A stretch of 64,000 bases of DNA from Candidatus Brennerbacteria bacterium (GCA_016183535.1 JACPEK010000004.1:141807-205806); one strand, 5' to 3'. Positions 47,492 through 56,011 are shown, numbered from the stretch's first letter. Program-made: numbers and translations. Notes: generated by a model from the sequence alone, not told the origin.

Positions 47492-48805
47492 TTATGAATG
47501 ATTCATGAAAAAATATCGGATCGTTTTGAGGATAATGAGGAGGTCGAGAAAGAGCGAGCGGTTCTTCACGTAGTAGAGGTCGTACTTCAGTTTCTCGTAC
47601 GCCTCCTCGAGCGACGCGGACGGCTGGTAGTTGATCTGCGCCCAGCCGGTCAAGCCCGGTTTCACCACGTGGCGCATTTCGTAGTGAGAAAACCTCTCGT
47701 ATTCCCGCGTGAGCCCCACGTTCTCGGGGCGGGGGCCGGTGAATGAAATGTCGCCGCGGATGATGTTCCAAAGCTGGGGAAATTCGTCCAGATGGGTTGC
47801 GCGGAGGAACGTACCAATCGGCGTGATGCGGGCGTCGTTCTTTTCCGTCCAGAGCGGGCCGCCATTCCCGTTCCTCATCGTGCGGAACTTGTTCAATATG
47901 AACGAGCGGCCGCCTTTCCCCGTGCGTTCCGCACGATAGAGTGCCCCGCCGCGGGAAGTGGCGACAATGAAGATTCCGATGAGGAAGGAAAGCGGGAGCG
48001 TGACCGCAAAAAGTATGGTAGCGAGTGTCACGTCAATGACGCGCTTCACGCGGTCGTACACTGGCCGGCGCGCCGTGATGTTCTCTATAAACCATTCCTC
48101 CGAAAGGTCTTCGAGCGGCACTTTTTCGAACACGGCCTCATAGAATGCGGCGAAGGGAATAACGTTCACTTCGTGCGGGATGATGCGGTAGATTTGGCGC
48201 GCCGCGCGAGCGTCGTGCGCGAGCGCGGGATCAATGACGAGAAGCGCCACGTTCCCGGCGTTTGCGAGCGACTCGAGCATGCTTCCGTTCGCGCCCTTGA
48301 GCGTCTCGTAGTGTTGCGCAACGCGGTACCCAAGGTGGGGTGTGCGGCGCACTTCCTCGATGAGCTCGGTGATGCGCGGGGAAGTTCCCACAAACACGAC
48401 CGGGATCGCGCTTGCTTTGAAACGGACACGAAGGAGCGTTCTCCATGCATAGGAGAGAACGACGGTGAATCCCACGAACATCGCGAGGTTCGTTTTTGGT
48501 GTGAGTTCAAAATAGTCCGGAAAAAGATAGAAAGCGCCCATAGAGACGATGCCGGCGGTGATGGCCGCGACCGCGACCGCGCGGAAGAGTATGAGGGAGG
48601 AGAGGAACGTCCGAAGGTGGTAAAGATCGAAGAGATAGAAAACAAGGAGAAAGACGGTGAATATAAGTAAGAACGGCCCTTTGTGGCCGGCGAATGCGAA
48701 AGAGAACCCGCTTGTTCCATAACGGACGAGAAGCGCTCCCGCGAGCGCCGCATAGAGAATTACGATGTCTCCCGCGAAGAGAAGCCCCTTTTTCCAGCCG
48801 GACAT
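47492..48805 (-). CDS. Initiating polyprenyl-phosphate hexose-1-phosphate transferase (WbaP/CpsE/WsaP-like bacterial sugar transferase)
   Basis: N-terminal TM helices. The C-terminal catalytic domain reads KRVIDVTLA...RGGALYRAERTGKGGRSFILNKFRTM...DEFPQLWNIIRGDISFTGPRP. Confidence 0.85.
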   Translation of the reverse strand: MSGWKKGLLFAGDIVILYAALAGALLVRYGTSGFSFAFAGHKGPFLLIFTVFLLVFYLFDLYHLRTFLSSLILFRAVAVAAITAGIVSMGAFYLFPDYFELTPKTNLAMFVGFTVVLSYAWRTLLRVRFKASAIPVVFVGTSPRITELIEEVRRTPHLGYRVAQHYETLKGANGSMLESLANAGNVALLVIDPALAHDARAARQIYRIIPHEVNVIPFAAFYEAVFEKVPLEDLSEEWFIENITARRPVYDRVKRVIDVTLATILFAVTLPLSFLIGIFIVATSRGGALYRAERTGKGGRSFILNKFRTMRNGNGGPLWTEKNDARITPIGTFLRATHLDEFPQLWNIIRGDISFTGPRPENVGLTREYERFSHYEMRHVVKPGLTGWAQINYQPSASLEEAYEKLKYDLYYVKNRSLFLDLLIILKTIRYFFMNHS

Positions 48806-48900
48806 AATTAATAGGGTATAGGGTTTAGAGGCTAGGGTCTAGACCGGAAAGTATAAACAGTGGGGTTGACTTTCATGCGTCGGAATCTACGATAGTTCGT

Positions 48901-49725
48901 ATGGATAACGAAACAAATAGCGTTGGTCAGAAGAAGCGCGACGTGCTCCTGCCCGCCTCCATCATCATTGCGGGAGTTCTCGTCGCGGGGTCCGTGATTT
49001 GGAGCGTGGGTAAGCGCGCGGAGACTGTGCCGGCGGATTCGGCGAATGCGGGCGCTCTCGAAGGTCCCGCCATCGCCGCCATGCGCGCGGTGAACGAGAA
49101 TGATCAGGTGCGGGGAAGCCGCGACGCGAAGGTGGTGATCGTCGAGTATTCGGATTTCGAGTGTCCGTTTTGCAAGCGGTTTCACGACACCATGAAAGCG
49201 ACACTCGAGGCGTACGGGGATAAGGTGGCGTGGGTCTACCGCCACTATCCTATCGCAACGCTCCATACGAAGGCGGCGAAGGAATCGGAAGCATCGGTGT
49301 GCGTCGCCGAGCTTGGCGGCAACGATGCGTTTTGGAAATTCGCGGACCGCATTTTCGAACTCACGCCGTCGAATAACGGGCTCGATCCGGCACAGCTTCC
49401 CGTGATCGCGGAGTATGCGGGTGTCGCGCGGGATGCGTTCGAATCGTGTCTCGCGAGCGGGCGGCACGCGGGCGTGATTGCCGCTTCGGTCGCGGAAGCG
49501 GAATCAATCGGCGTGAGCGGAACGCCGTACGCGGTGTTCATCGCAAACGACGACCTCGATAAAGCGGATTTTGGTTTTCTCGCCGAGGTGAACCGGCAGT
49601 TCGAGCTCCAGTATCCGGGTCAACCCGGGCCTTTCACGATAGACGACGCAAGCGATCGGATCGGCATGAGTGGGGCTTTCCCCTTTGAAACGGTCCGGCA
49701 GATCATGGAGGTTTTGATCCGATGA
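48901..49725 (+). CDS. Membrane-anchored DsbA-like thiol:disulfide oxidoreductase (thioredoxin fold)
   Basis: N-terminal TM anchor. CPFC active site reads EYSDFECPFCKRFH. Confidence 0.75.
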   Translation: MDNETNSVGQKKRDVLLPASIIIAGVLVAGSVIWSVGKRAETVPADSANAGALEGPAIAAMRAVNENDQVRGSRDAKVVIVEYSDFECPFCKRFHDTMKATLEAYGDKVAWVYRHYPIATLHTKAAKESEASVCVAELGGNDAFWKFADRIFELTPSNNGLDPAQLPVIAEYAGVARDAFESCLASGRHAGVIAASVAEAESIGVSGTPYAVFIANDDLDKADFGFLAEVNRQFELQYPGQPGPFTIDDASDRIGMSGAFPFETVRQIMEVLIR

Positions 49726-49766
49726 CTGAGGGTGGACGCTCGGAGGATTTTTGAAATTTCCGGTCC

Positions 49767-49943
49767 ATGAAAGAGAAAAAATTTTTGCGGTGGGTGTTCC
49801 TTGCGGGGGGGCTATGGATCGCCGCCTCTCCGTGGATTCTCGGTTTTGCGTCGGCGAATCTCGGCAGATGGTCAAATGTGATGGTCGGCGGGTTGGTGGC
49901 GCTCGCCGCGCTCTATCTTTCAGCATCCGAAAAGGAAAGTTAG
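49767..49943 (+). CDS. Small (58 aa) two-helix membrane protein with SPW motif (SPW-repeat-like); not in the supplied ORF track
   Basis: Translation is MKEKKFLRWVFLAGGLWIAASPWILGFASANLGRWSNVMVGGLVALAALYLSASEKES. This frame is chosen over the 49751-49966 frame because of its coherent TM character. Confidence 0.4.
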   Translation: MKEKKFLRWVFLAGGLWIAASPWILGFASANLGRWSNVMVGGLVALAALYLSASEKES

Positions 49944-49970
49944 GAAAGGTCGCGAATCCCTTTTAAAACC

Positions 49971-50099
49971 ATGTACACATGTCCGGAATGCGGCTATGCC
50001 GCGGAAGAAAACGGAAAATGTCCCGCGTGCGACGTCACGATGGTGCGGAGCGATGAGGGGGAGGCAGAGAAGCAAAACGGGGAAGAGGAAAATCTCTGA
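49971..50099 (+). CDS. Small (42 aa) zinc-ribbon protein; not in the supplied ORF track
   Basis: Translation is MYTCPECGYAAEENGKCPACDVTMVRSDEGEAEKQNGEEENL. It has two CxxC pairs and an acidic tail. It lies immediately upstream of trxB. Confidence 0.35.
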   Translation: MYTCPECGYAAEENGKCPACDVTMVRSDEGEAEKQNGEEENL

Positions 50100-50105
50100 T
50101 CGCCG

Positions 50106-51062
50106 ATGCGTTACGATTTGGTAATTATCGGAGGCGGCCCCGCCGGCGTAGCTGGTGCGGTCTACGCCGCGCGGAAGAAGCTCAAAACGAGAATCATCGC
50201 CGAAGCGTTTGGCGGACAGTCGCTCGTGTCCGCGTCGGTCGAGAACTGGATTGGCACGCCGAAAGCGTCGGGATTTGATCTGGGGGAGATGTTCAAGGCC
50301 CATCTCAAGGCGCAGGAAGGTCTCGAGATCGGAGAGGGAGAACATGTTGAGCGCATCGAGCCGATAGCGGAGGGATTTCGCGTTCTCACGGAACGCGGCG
50401 ACTCCTATGAGACAAACGGGGTGCTCCTCGCGACGGGGAGCGTGCGGCGCAAACTCGGCGTTCCCGGCGAGCGGGAACTCGAAGGGAGAGGGGTGGCCTA
50501 CTGCTCGATCTGTGACGCGCCGCTCTTTGGAGGGAAGGATGTCGCGGTTGTGGGGGGCGGGAATTCCGGCCTTGAAGCGGTGGGGGATCTCTTGCCGTAT
50601 GCGAAACATGTGTTTTTGTTCCACCACGCGGCGGCGCTCGCGGGGGATCCCGCCACGCGCGATCGGGTGCTTGCCGACAAAGAAAAAGTTACGGTGATCC
50701 TGAACGCCGAGACGACGATGGTCGCGGGAGATGCGTGGGTGACGGGTATACGGTACCGTCTTCCTGCCGCGCCGTCCGCGGCCGGCGCGGACGAAACGAG
50801 AGAACTCTCCGTTGAGGGAGTGTTTGTCGAAGTGGGACTTGACCCCGCGAGCGCGCTTGTGAAGGATCTCGTGGCGCTGAACGATCGGGGGGAAGTTATT
50901 ACGGATCCGCACACGCAGGCAACTTCGCGCCCGGGCATTTGGGCGGCGGGGGATGTGACGGACGGGCGCTACCGTCAGAATAATATCTCGGCGGGCGACG
51001 CGGTGAAGGCGGTGCTCCACATCTACGAAACATTCACAAAGGCGGCGGGTGTGCTACAATGA
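50106..51062 (+). CDS. trxB: Thioredoxin-disulfide reductase
   Basis: Contains IIGGGPAGVAGAVYAA (FAD), redox-active CSICDAPLF and VVGGGNSGLEA (NADPH). Confidence 0.9.
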   Translation: MRYDLVIIGGGPAGVAGAVYAARKKLKTRIIAEAFGGQSLVSASVENWIGTPKASGFDLGEMFKAHLKAQEGLEIGEGEHVERIEPIAEGFRVLTERGDSYETNGVLLATGSVRRKLGVPGERELEGRGVAYCSICDAPLFGGKDVAVVGGGNSGLEAVGDLLPYAKHVFLFHHAAALAGDPATRDRVLADKEKVTVILNAETTMVAGDAWVTGIRYRLPAAPSAAGADETRELSVEGVFVEVGLDPASALVKDLVALNDRGEVITDPHTQATSRPGIWAAGDVTDGRYRQNNISAGDAVKAVLHIYETFTKAAGVLQ

Positions 51063-51069
51063 AAAGACT

Positions 51070-51480
51070 ATGAAGAACAATAAAGTGCTGGCGTGGCTTG
51101 TGGCGGTACTCGCGGTGGCGCTCGTGGCTGTCCTGGTGTGGCAATTTACGGGAAGCGGTTCGTCATATTATGCGGTGAGTCTCAAAACGGGCGAGCTGTA
51201 TTTCGGGAAGATTACGCGCGTGCCTTCGTTCGGATTGAAGCGGGTGTATTTTCTCCAGAAAACCGCGGACGCAGAAAACCCCTTGAGCGTTCAAAAATTC
51301 TCGAACGCGTTTTGGGGGCCGGAAGATTTTCTTAAAATCAATCGTGATGAAGTAGTGTGGATCGCGCGCCTTCGCGTGGACGGATCGCTTGCGGGCGTGT
51401 TTCGCGACAATCCCGATCTCCTTTCGGCGCCCTCATCCGTTCCTTCGGCGCAGAATCCCTCGGTGCGCGCGGAGGAGTAA
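51070..51480 (+). CDS. Hypothetical N-terminally anchored or secreted protein
   Basis: Single N-terminal TM or signal segment VLAWLVAVLAVALVAVLVWQF. No motifs recognised. Confidence 0.4.
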   Translation: MKNNKVLAWLVAVLAVALVAVLVWQFTGSGSSYYAVSLKTGELYFGKITRVPSFGLKRVYFLQKTADAENPLSVQKFSNAFWGPEDFLKINRDEVVWIARLRVDGSLAGVFRDNPDLLSAPSSVPSAQNPSVRAEE

Positions 51481-51549
51481 ATAAAAATCCTGCGCATCGC
51501 TCCGTCGCGCCATGGCGCGGCGGGTTTTTTGCTATCATAAGAGAGCGAT

Positions 51550-51990
51550 ATGCGCGAACACGCTCTTCGACAACGTTCGGGGCAGGCGACCCTTTCTTTC
51601 ATCCTTCTCGTGTCGGGGGTCATCTTGGAGGTTGCCATCGCCGGCTCGTTCGTCGCATATTTCTTCAGTGCGTCGGGGTACGGGGAGCGGGTTTCTTCGC
51701 GCGCGCTCGCGGCGGCCCGCGCGGGCTTCGCCGATGCGGAGATCCAGATCGGGCGGAACAAGGAATACGGCGGCGGCGTGACCACGCGGTACACTTTCGC
51801 GGTGGGAAGCGATACGGTCGAGGTAACGGTGTCGCGGATGACGGACGCGGGCGCGAACGCCTATGTATTCACGGTGAGCGCCGTCGGCACCTCTTTCACC
51901 CGGACGCGGGAGCTTACCGCGGCCATCGTGGTTGACCGCACGACCGGTGTGGCGCGCGTCCAGAGTCTTCGGGAAAAGAGCGTTGACTGA
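51550..51990 (+). CDS. Hypothetical protein with pilin/TadE-like N-terminal hydrophobic segment (possible minor pilin/pseudopilin)
   Basis: Contains RSGQATLSFILLVSGVILEVAIAGSF, resembling prepilin-type leader plus hydrophobic helix. The canonical G-F-T-L-I-E is not present. Confidence 0.3.
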   Translation: MREHALRQRSGQATLSFILLVSGVILEVAIAGSFVAYFFSASGYGERVSSRALAAARAGFADAEIQIGRNKEYGGGVTTRYTFAVGSDTVEVTVSRMTDAGANAYVFTVSAVGTSFTRTRELTAAIVVDRTTGVARVQSLREKSVD

Positions 51991-51997
51991 CGGTAGT

Positions 51998-53497
51998 ATG
52001 CAAAAAAATTTTTTTCGCGTTTTTCACAGGTTTCTTGAACGTCTCTCATCCGCGCCTAAGGTGGGCGCCCTCCACCTGCAAAGCGGGGCGTTTTCCTACC
52101 TTCGTTTGGACGGCGCGACCGAAGCGTTTTCCGTAAAGGTGGAACCCGGGGCGCTCCGAGAGGGCAGGATCGCGGATCGCGGCAGGGTGCTCGCCGCGCT
52201 CGTGGAACTCCGCGCGCAGATCGGGGGGGGCGCGAAGAAGGGCGAAGAGGCGAAAATAGTCGCCATCATTCCTTCGGACCCCATCTATACCCAAAGCGTC
52301 AACATTCCAAACGTCGGGAAAGAACGTCTTGCGGAATCGGCGTCTTTGAATCTCCAGATGATTTCACCGATGGGCCGCGACGATGCCTATATGCGCTACG
52401 AACTTCTTGGGGAGGTTGACGATCATTACGAGCTCCTCGCCGCGTTTGCGGAGAAGCGCATCATTGATGAATTTCAAAGCGTGTTCAGGGAGGCGGGATT
52501 TACCCCCGTCATCTTCGAATTTTCGAGCCTTTCCCTTGCGAGGCTCATCGCGCGTGTGCGGGGTCTTCAAGACGACATCACGCTCGGGTGTTATGTTTCG
52601 TCGGACGGACTCGAGTTTTTCATTGTGAAACACGGGAAGCTCCACTTCAGCTATTTCCATTCGTGGGCATCGCTCCAAGGGGAGGCACGCGAGATTTCGC
52701 GCGAACTTTTCGAGGAGGTGGTAACCCGCGAGGTGCAGAAGGTGGTGAATTTCTCGCTTGGCAAATTCAAAGAGCGCCCTCGCGAGATGGTACTTGTCAC
52801 GCAGGGTCTCGAAGCGGAGATTAAGGCGCTCATCGCAAACCGATTCGGATTTTCCGCCACCACCCTTGAAACGGGGGGAGGGTTTACCCCGCCATGGTAT
52901 GTGGCGCTTGGCGCCGCGCTTCGCGCGAAAGAGGGTCTCGAGGGGGATGAGGGTATCAACCTTGCGCCGCTGTCATCACGCGACCGAATGTTCCAGGAAC
53001 AGACGATCGGTTTCGTGAGGCTCTGGAGGAACGTGATCGTGGGCGCGCTCGCGCTCTTTGTGGTGTTTTTTTCTGGCGCGGCGTATTCCCTGAATCGGAT
53101 GGACCGCTCAACCGAGGCGCGTCTTGTCGAATTCACCGCCCACTTCAACGCCGGCGAGCTTACGACACTTGCCGCGCGCGCGGACGAATTCAATACGCTC
53201 GTCCGATCCGTGGCCAGTGCCGCGGGCGACCGCGCGCCGTGGGATCGCCTGTTGCGGACGCTCGAGCGCACCATGAAAGAACACAGCGTAACACTTGACC
53301 GCATCGAGATAGCGGGGAGGGGGAGTGGCGCGACGCTTGCCGCGCGCGCGCCGTCGAATGAGCGTCTCCTCTCGTTTAAGAACGCACTCGCGTCCGCCGA
53401 GGGATTTGCGGCCGTGAATCTGTCGGTGGCGCGGATCGCGACTTTGGAGGATGGTTCGGTTGGATTCGCGCTCACCTTCACCCCGACCGTTCCGTGA
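51998..53497 (+). CDS. PilM-like actin-fold pilus assembly protein fused to a TM + periplasmic (PilN-like) C-terminal region
   Basis: A PilM-like pattern runs through ...AEKRIIDEFQSVFREAGFTPVIFEFSSLSLARL. A TM helix at about residue 350 reads VIVGALALFVVFF, followed by about 140 aa. Confidence 0.5.
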   Translation: MQKNFFRVFHRFLERLSSAPKVGALHLQSGAFSYLRLDGATEAFSVKVEPGALREGRIADRGRVLAALVELRAQIGGGAKKGEEAKIVAIIPSDPIYTQSVNIPNVGKERLAESASLNLQMISPMGRDDAYMRYELLGEVDDHYELLAAFAEKRIIDEFQSVFREAGFTPVIFEFSSLSLARLIARVRGLQDDITLGCYVSSDGLEFFIVKHGKLHFSYFHSWASLQGEAREISRELFEEVVTREVQKVVNFSLGKFKERPREMVLVTQGLEAEIKALIANRFGFSATTLETGGGFTPPWYVALGAALRAKEGLEGDEGINLAPLSSRDRMFQEQTIGFVRLWRNVIVGALALFVVFFSGAAYSLNRMDRSTEARLVEFTAHFNAGELTTLAARADEFNTLVRSVASAAGDRAPWDRLLRTLERTMKEHSVTLDRIEIAGRGSGATLAARAPSNERLLSFKNALASAEGFAAVNLSVARIATLEDGSVGFALTFTPTVP

Positions 53498-53501
53498 CGC
53501 G

Positions 53502-54116
53502 TTAATTTTTTGAGGTATTGAGGTAACGTTGTTGGAACTCTTCTGCGGCCGAGCGTATTGCCGTTTCGGCGGCGCGCGTCATCGGACGGAGCACAAACCT
53601 TCCTGCCGGAAGGCAAGGCGCGTCTACCTTTTCTCTTTCCATTTGCGGGGGTCGGATGCCGATGCGGAGACGCCAGAATTCTTTGGTCCCGAAGGCGCGA
53701 ATCACCGACTCCACGCCATGGTGGCCCGCGCTCCCGCGTCCGTATTGAAGACGAAACGCGCCGAGGGGAAGATCCGCATCGTCGTGGATGACGAGGCACG
53801 CTTGCGGTTTTGCGCGGAAGGCGCGCCGCGCCGCCGCCGCGCCCCTCCCCGATTCGTTCATGAACGTTTGAGGGATCACAAATGTCCGCGCGGGGGTGCG
53901 ATGGGAGAGAAAATTTTCGCGCGCGTGGAATTTGGATTCCGGTATCCCCGCGAACGCGCGCGCGACGAGGCGCCCCGCGTTGTGGTAGGTGCGGGCATAG
54001 GCGGCACCCGGGTTGCCGAGCCCGATCACGAGTTTTATCGTTTCCGCCCTAAACTCACGTGGCGAGTCGGCCGAACCGCCTGCGGTTTTAAGCTTGAATT
54101 CCGCTCCCATGATCAT
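53502..54116 (-). CDS. pth: Peptidyl-tRNA hydrolase
   Basis: Contains LVIGLGNPGAAYARTYHNAGRLV and the canonical H-N-A-G. Confidence 0.85.
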   Translation of the reverse strand: MIMGAEFKLKTAGGSADSPREFRAETIKLVIGLGNPGAAYARTYHNAGRLVARAFAGIPESKFHARENFLSHRTPARTFVIPQTFMNESGRGAAAARRAFRAKPQACLVIHDDADLPLGAFRLQYGRGSAGHHGVESVIRAFGTKEFWRLRIGIRPPQMEREKVDAPCLPAGRFVLRPMTRAAETAIRSAAEEFQQRYLNTSKN

Positions 54117-54140
54117 TAGAATTATCGCATATTTCTTTTC

Positions 54141-54680
54141 ATGAAAAAGGTTTTACACGCTCTTCTCGAAGTGTTTCAGACGGTGGTGCTTGCGGTAGTG
54201 GCGGTGCTTTTCGTCCGGGCGTTCGTCGCCCAGCCGTTTCTCGTCTACGGTGCCTCCATGGAGCCGACGTTCTCGGACGGGGATTACCTTCTCGTGGACG
54301 AACTCACGCCCCGTTTTCGGGAGCTCGCGCGCGGCGAGGTGGTGGTATTCCGTTATCCCGGCGACGAGCGTTCGTTCTATATCAAGCGGGTGATCGGGTT
54401 GCCCGGAGAACATATCACGATTGAGAACGACCTGGTGACGGTGACGAAGGGTGGAATTTCCACCGTGCTTGCGGAGCCTTATGTGGCGCGGAACCTCGCG
54501 ATGGGGAACGTTGACGTCGCGCTCCGCGACGGAGAGTACTATGTGCTCGGGGACAATCGCGGTTTCAGCTTCGACTCGCGGAGCTGGGGGCCGCTCGCGG
54601 ACGATCACGTGGTCGGACTCGTGCGGATGCGTCTGTGGCCATTCTCTTCGGCGCTCGCGTTTTCGGCGCCAACCTATTAA
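54141..54680 (+). CDS. lepB: Signal peptidase I
   Basis: Box B reads GASMEPTF (Ser nucleophile). Box D reads YIKRVIGLPGE (Lys). Box E reads VLGDNRGFSFDSRSWG. Confidence 0.85.
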   Translation: MKKVLHALLEVFQTVVLAVVAVLFVRAFVAQPFLVYGASMEPTFSDGDYLLVDELTPRFRELARGEVVVFRYPGDERSFYIKRVIGLPGEHITIENDLVTVTKGGISTVLAEPYVARNLAMGNVDVALRDGEYYVLGDNRGFSFDSRSWGPLADDHVVGLVRMRLWPFSSALAFSAPTY

Positions 54681-54685
54681 TTAAT

Positions 54686-56011
54686 ATGTCGACCACAAAG
54701 AAAACGGATCCTAAGAAACAAGAGAAAAAAGCGGAGGGCTCGCAGGCGCTTCAGGCGGTAAAAGGCATGCCGGATATCCTCCCCAAGGAAGAGGGTTGGT
54801 GGAAATCCTTTCGCGCCGCCGGCGCCACCGTTGCCGAACTTCATGATTTTCATCGCATCGAGACGCCGATTCTCGAGCCGGCGGAACTTTTTGAGCGGGG
54901 AGTGGGCGCCGCGACCGACATCGTGGAGAAACAGATGTACGCTTTCCGCACCAAGGGCGGCGAGCGGGTGGCGCTCCGTCCAGAGGGAACCGCCGCGGTG
55001 ATGCGGGCGTATTTTGAACACCACCTCGGGTACTTCGCCTCCCCCCTCAAGGCGTTTTACGAGGGACCGATGTTTCGCTACGAGCGACCGCAAGCCGGTC
55101 GCGACCGCCAGTTTCATCAATGGGGATTTGAAATCGTGGGAGATGGCGATTCCGTGTACGACGTCGAAGTGATGCTCGCCACCCTCGCAATATTCCGCGA
55201 GCTTAAATTCCCCGCCTTCACGGTAAAGATCAATTCCATGGGATGTAAGGTGTGTCGCGCGTCCTACCGCGAGAAACTCAAAAATTATTACCGCGCCCGC
55301 GAAAAGAAACTCTGTAAAGATTGCGCGCGGCGCCTCGATAAGAATCCATTCCGACTTCTCGATTGCGAGGAAGAGGATTGCAAAGCGCTTCGTGGCGAGG
55401 CGCCCATCATCCTCGATTATCTCTGCCAGACTTGCAACGCGCACTTCAAATCAGTGCTCGAGCTCGTGGAAGAGAACGGCATTCCCTACGAGCCTGATCC
55501 GTTCCTCGTGCGTGGTCTGGATTACTACAATCGCACTGTTTTTGAAGTGTGGGGGGTCGGCGCGCCGCACGCGCTCGCGGGCGGCGGCCGCTACGATTAC
55601 CTGGGCGAGCTCATCGCCGGTCGGGCGGTACCCGCGGTGGGCGCCGCGATCGGTATGGAACGTTCCATCGCGTTTCTGAAGTCCGCTACGCCGCCCGTGG
55701 CGCTCTCGAAAGAGCGCCCCCGCGTATTTTTCACCGCGGTAGGCGATCAGGCGAAACGGGCGAGCCTGAAGCGTATGGAAGAGTTGCGCCGCGCCGGCGT
55801 GCCGGTGGTGGAAGCTTTGGGGAAGCGATCATTAAAAGGTCAGCTCAAAGTGGCAGGGAAGCTCAAAGTTCCGCTCGCTTTGATCTTCGGACAGAAAGAG
55901 ATGTTTGAGGGTTCGATCATTATGCGCGACATGGTAACCGGCGCCCAAGAAACGGTGCTTCTTGATCGCTTGGTGGAGGCGGTGAAGCAGGATCTGAAGA
56001 AAAAATCATAA
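54686..56011 (+). CDS. hisS: Histidyl-tRNA synthetase (class II)
   Basis: Contains GMPDILP, FRYERPQAGRDRQFHQWG (motif 2) and GGGRYD (motif 3). Confidence 0.9.
   Translation: MSTTKKTDPKKQEKKAEGSQALQAVKGMPDILPKEEGWWKSFRAAGATVAELHDFHRIETPILEPAELFERGVGAATDIVEKQMYAFRTKGGERVALRPEGTAAVMRAYFEHHLGYFASPLKAFYEGPMFRYERPQAGRDRQFHQWGFEIVGDGDSVYDVEVMLATLAIFRELKFPAFTVKINSMGCKVCRASYREKLKNYYRAREKKLCKDCARRLDKNPFRLLDCEEEDCKALRGEAPIILDYLCQTCNAHFKSVLELVEENGIPYEPDPFLVRGLDYYNRTVFEVWGVGAPHALAGGGRYDYLGELIAGRAVPAVGAAIGMERSIAFLKSATPPVALSKERPRVFFTAVGDQAKRASLKRMEELRRAGVPVVEALGKRSLKGQLKVAGKLKVPLALIFGQKEMFEGSIIMRDMVTGAQETVLLDRLVEAVKQDLKKKS

Noticed and set aside
47792-48670. 292-aa + strand ORF antisense to the initiating sugar transferase
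   Set aside because: Arg/Glu/Asp-rich low-complexity shadow ORF. The minus-strand frame has the conserved bacterial sugar transferase catalytic domain.
49751-49966. 71-aa ORF (TTG start) in the alternative frame of the SPW-peptide region
   Set aside because: Its product is non-hydrophobic and Arg-rich with no features. The overlapping ATG-initiated frame gives a coherent two-helix membrane peptide, so that frame was preferred. Both calls remain low-confidence.
49920-51020. 366-aa minus-strand ORF antisense to trxB
   Set aside because: trxB has intact FAD, NADPH and CxxC motifs in the + frame. The antisense product is Arg/His-rich with no motifs.
52651-53799. 382-aa minus-strand ORF across the pilM-like gene and the pth 3' end
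   Set aside because: It overlaps two supported genes on both strands. Ser/Arg-rich shadow ORF.
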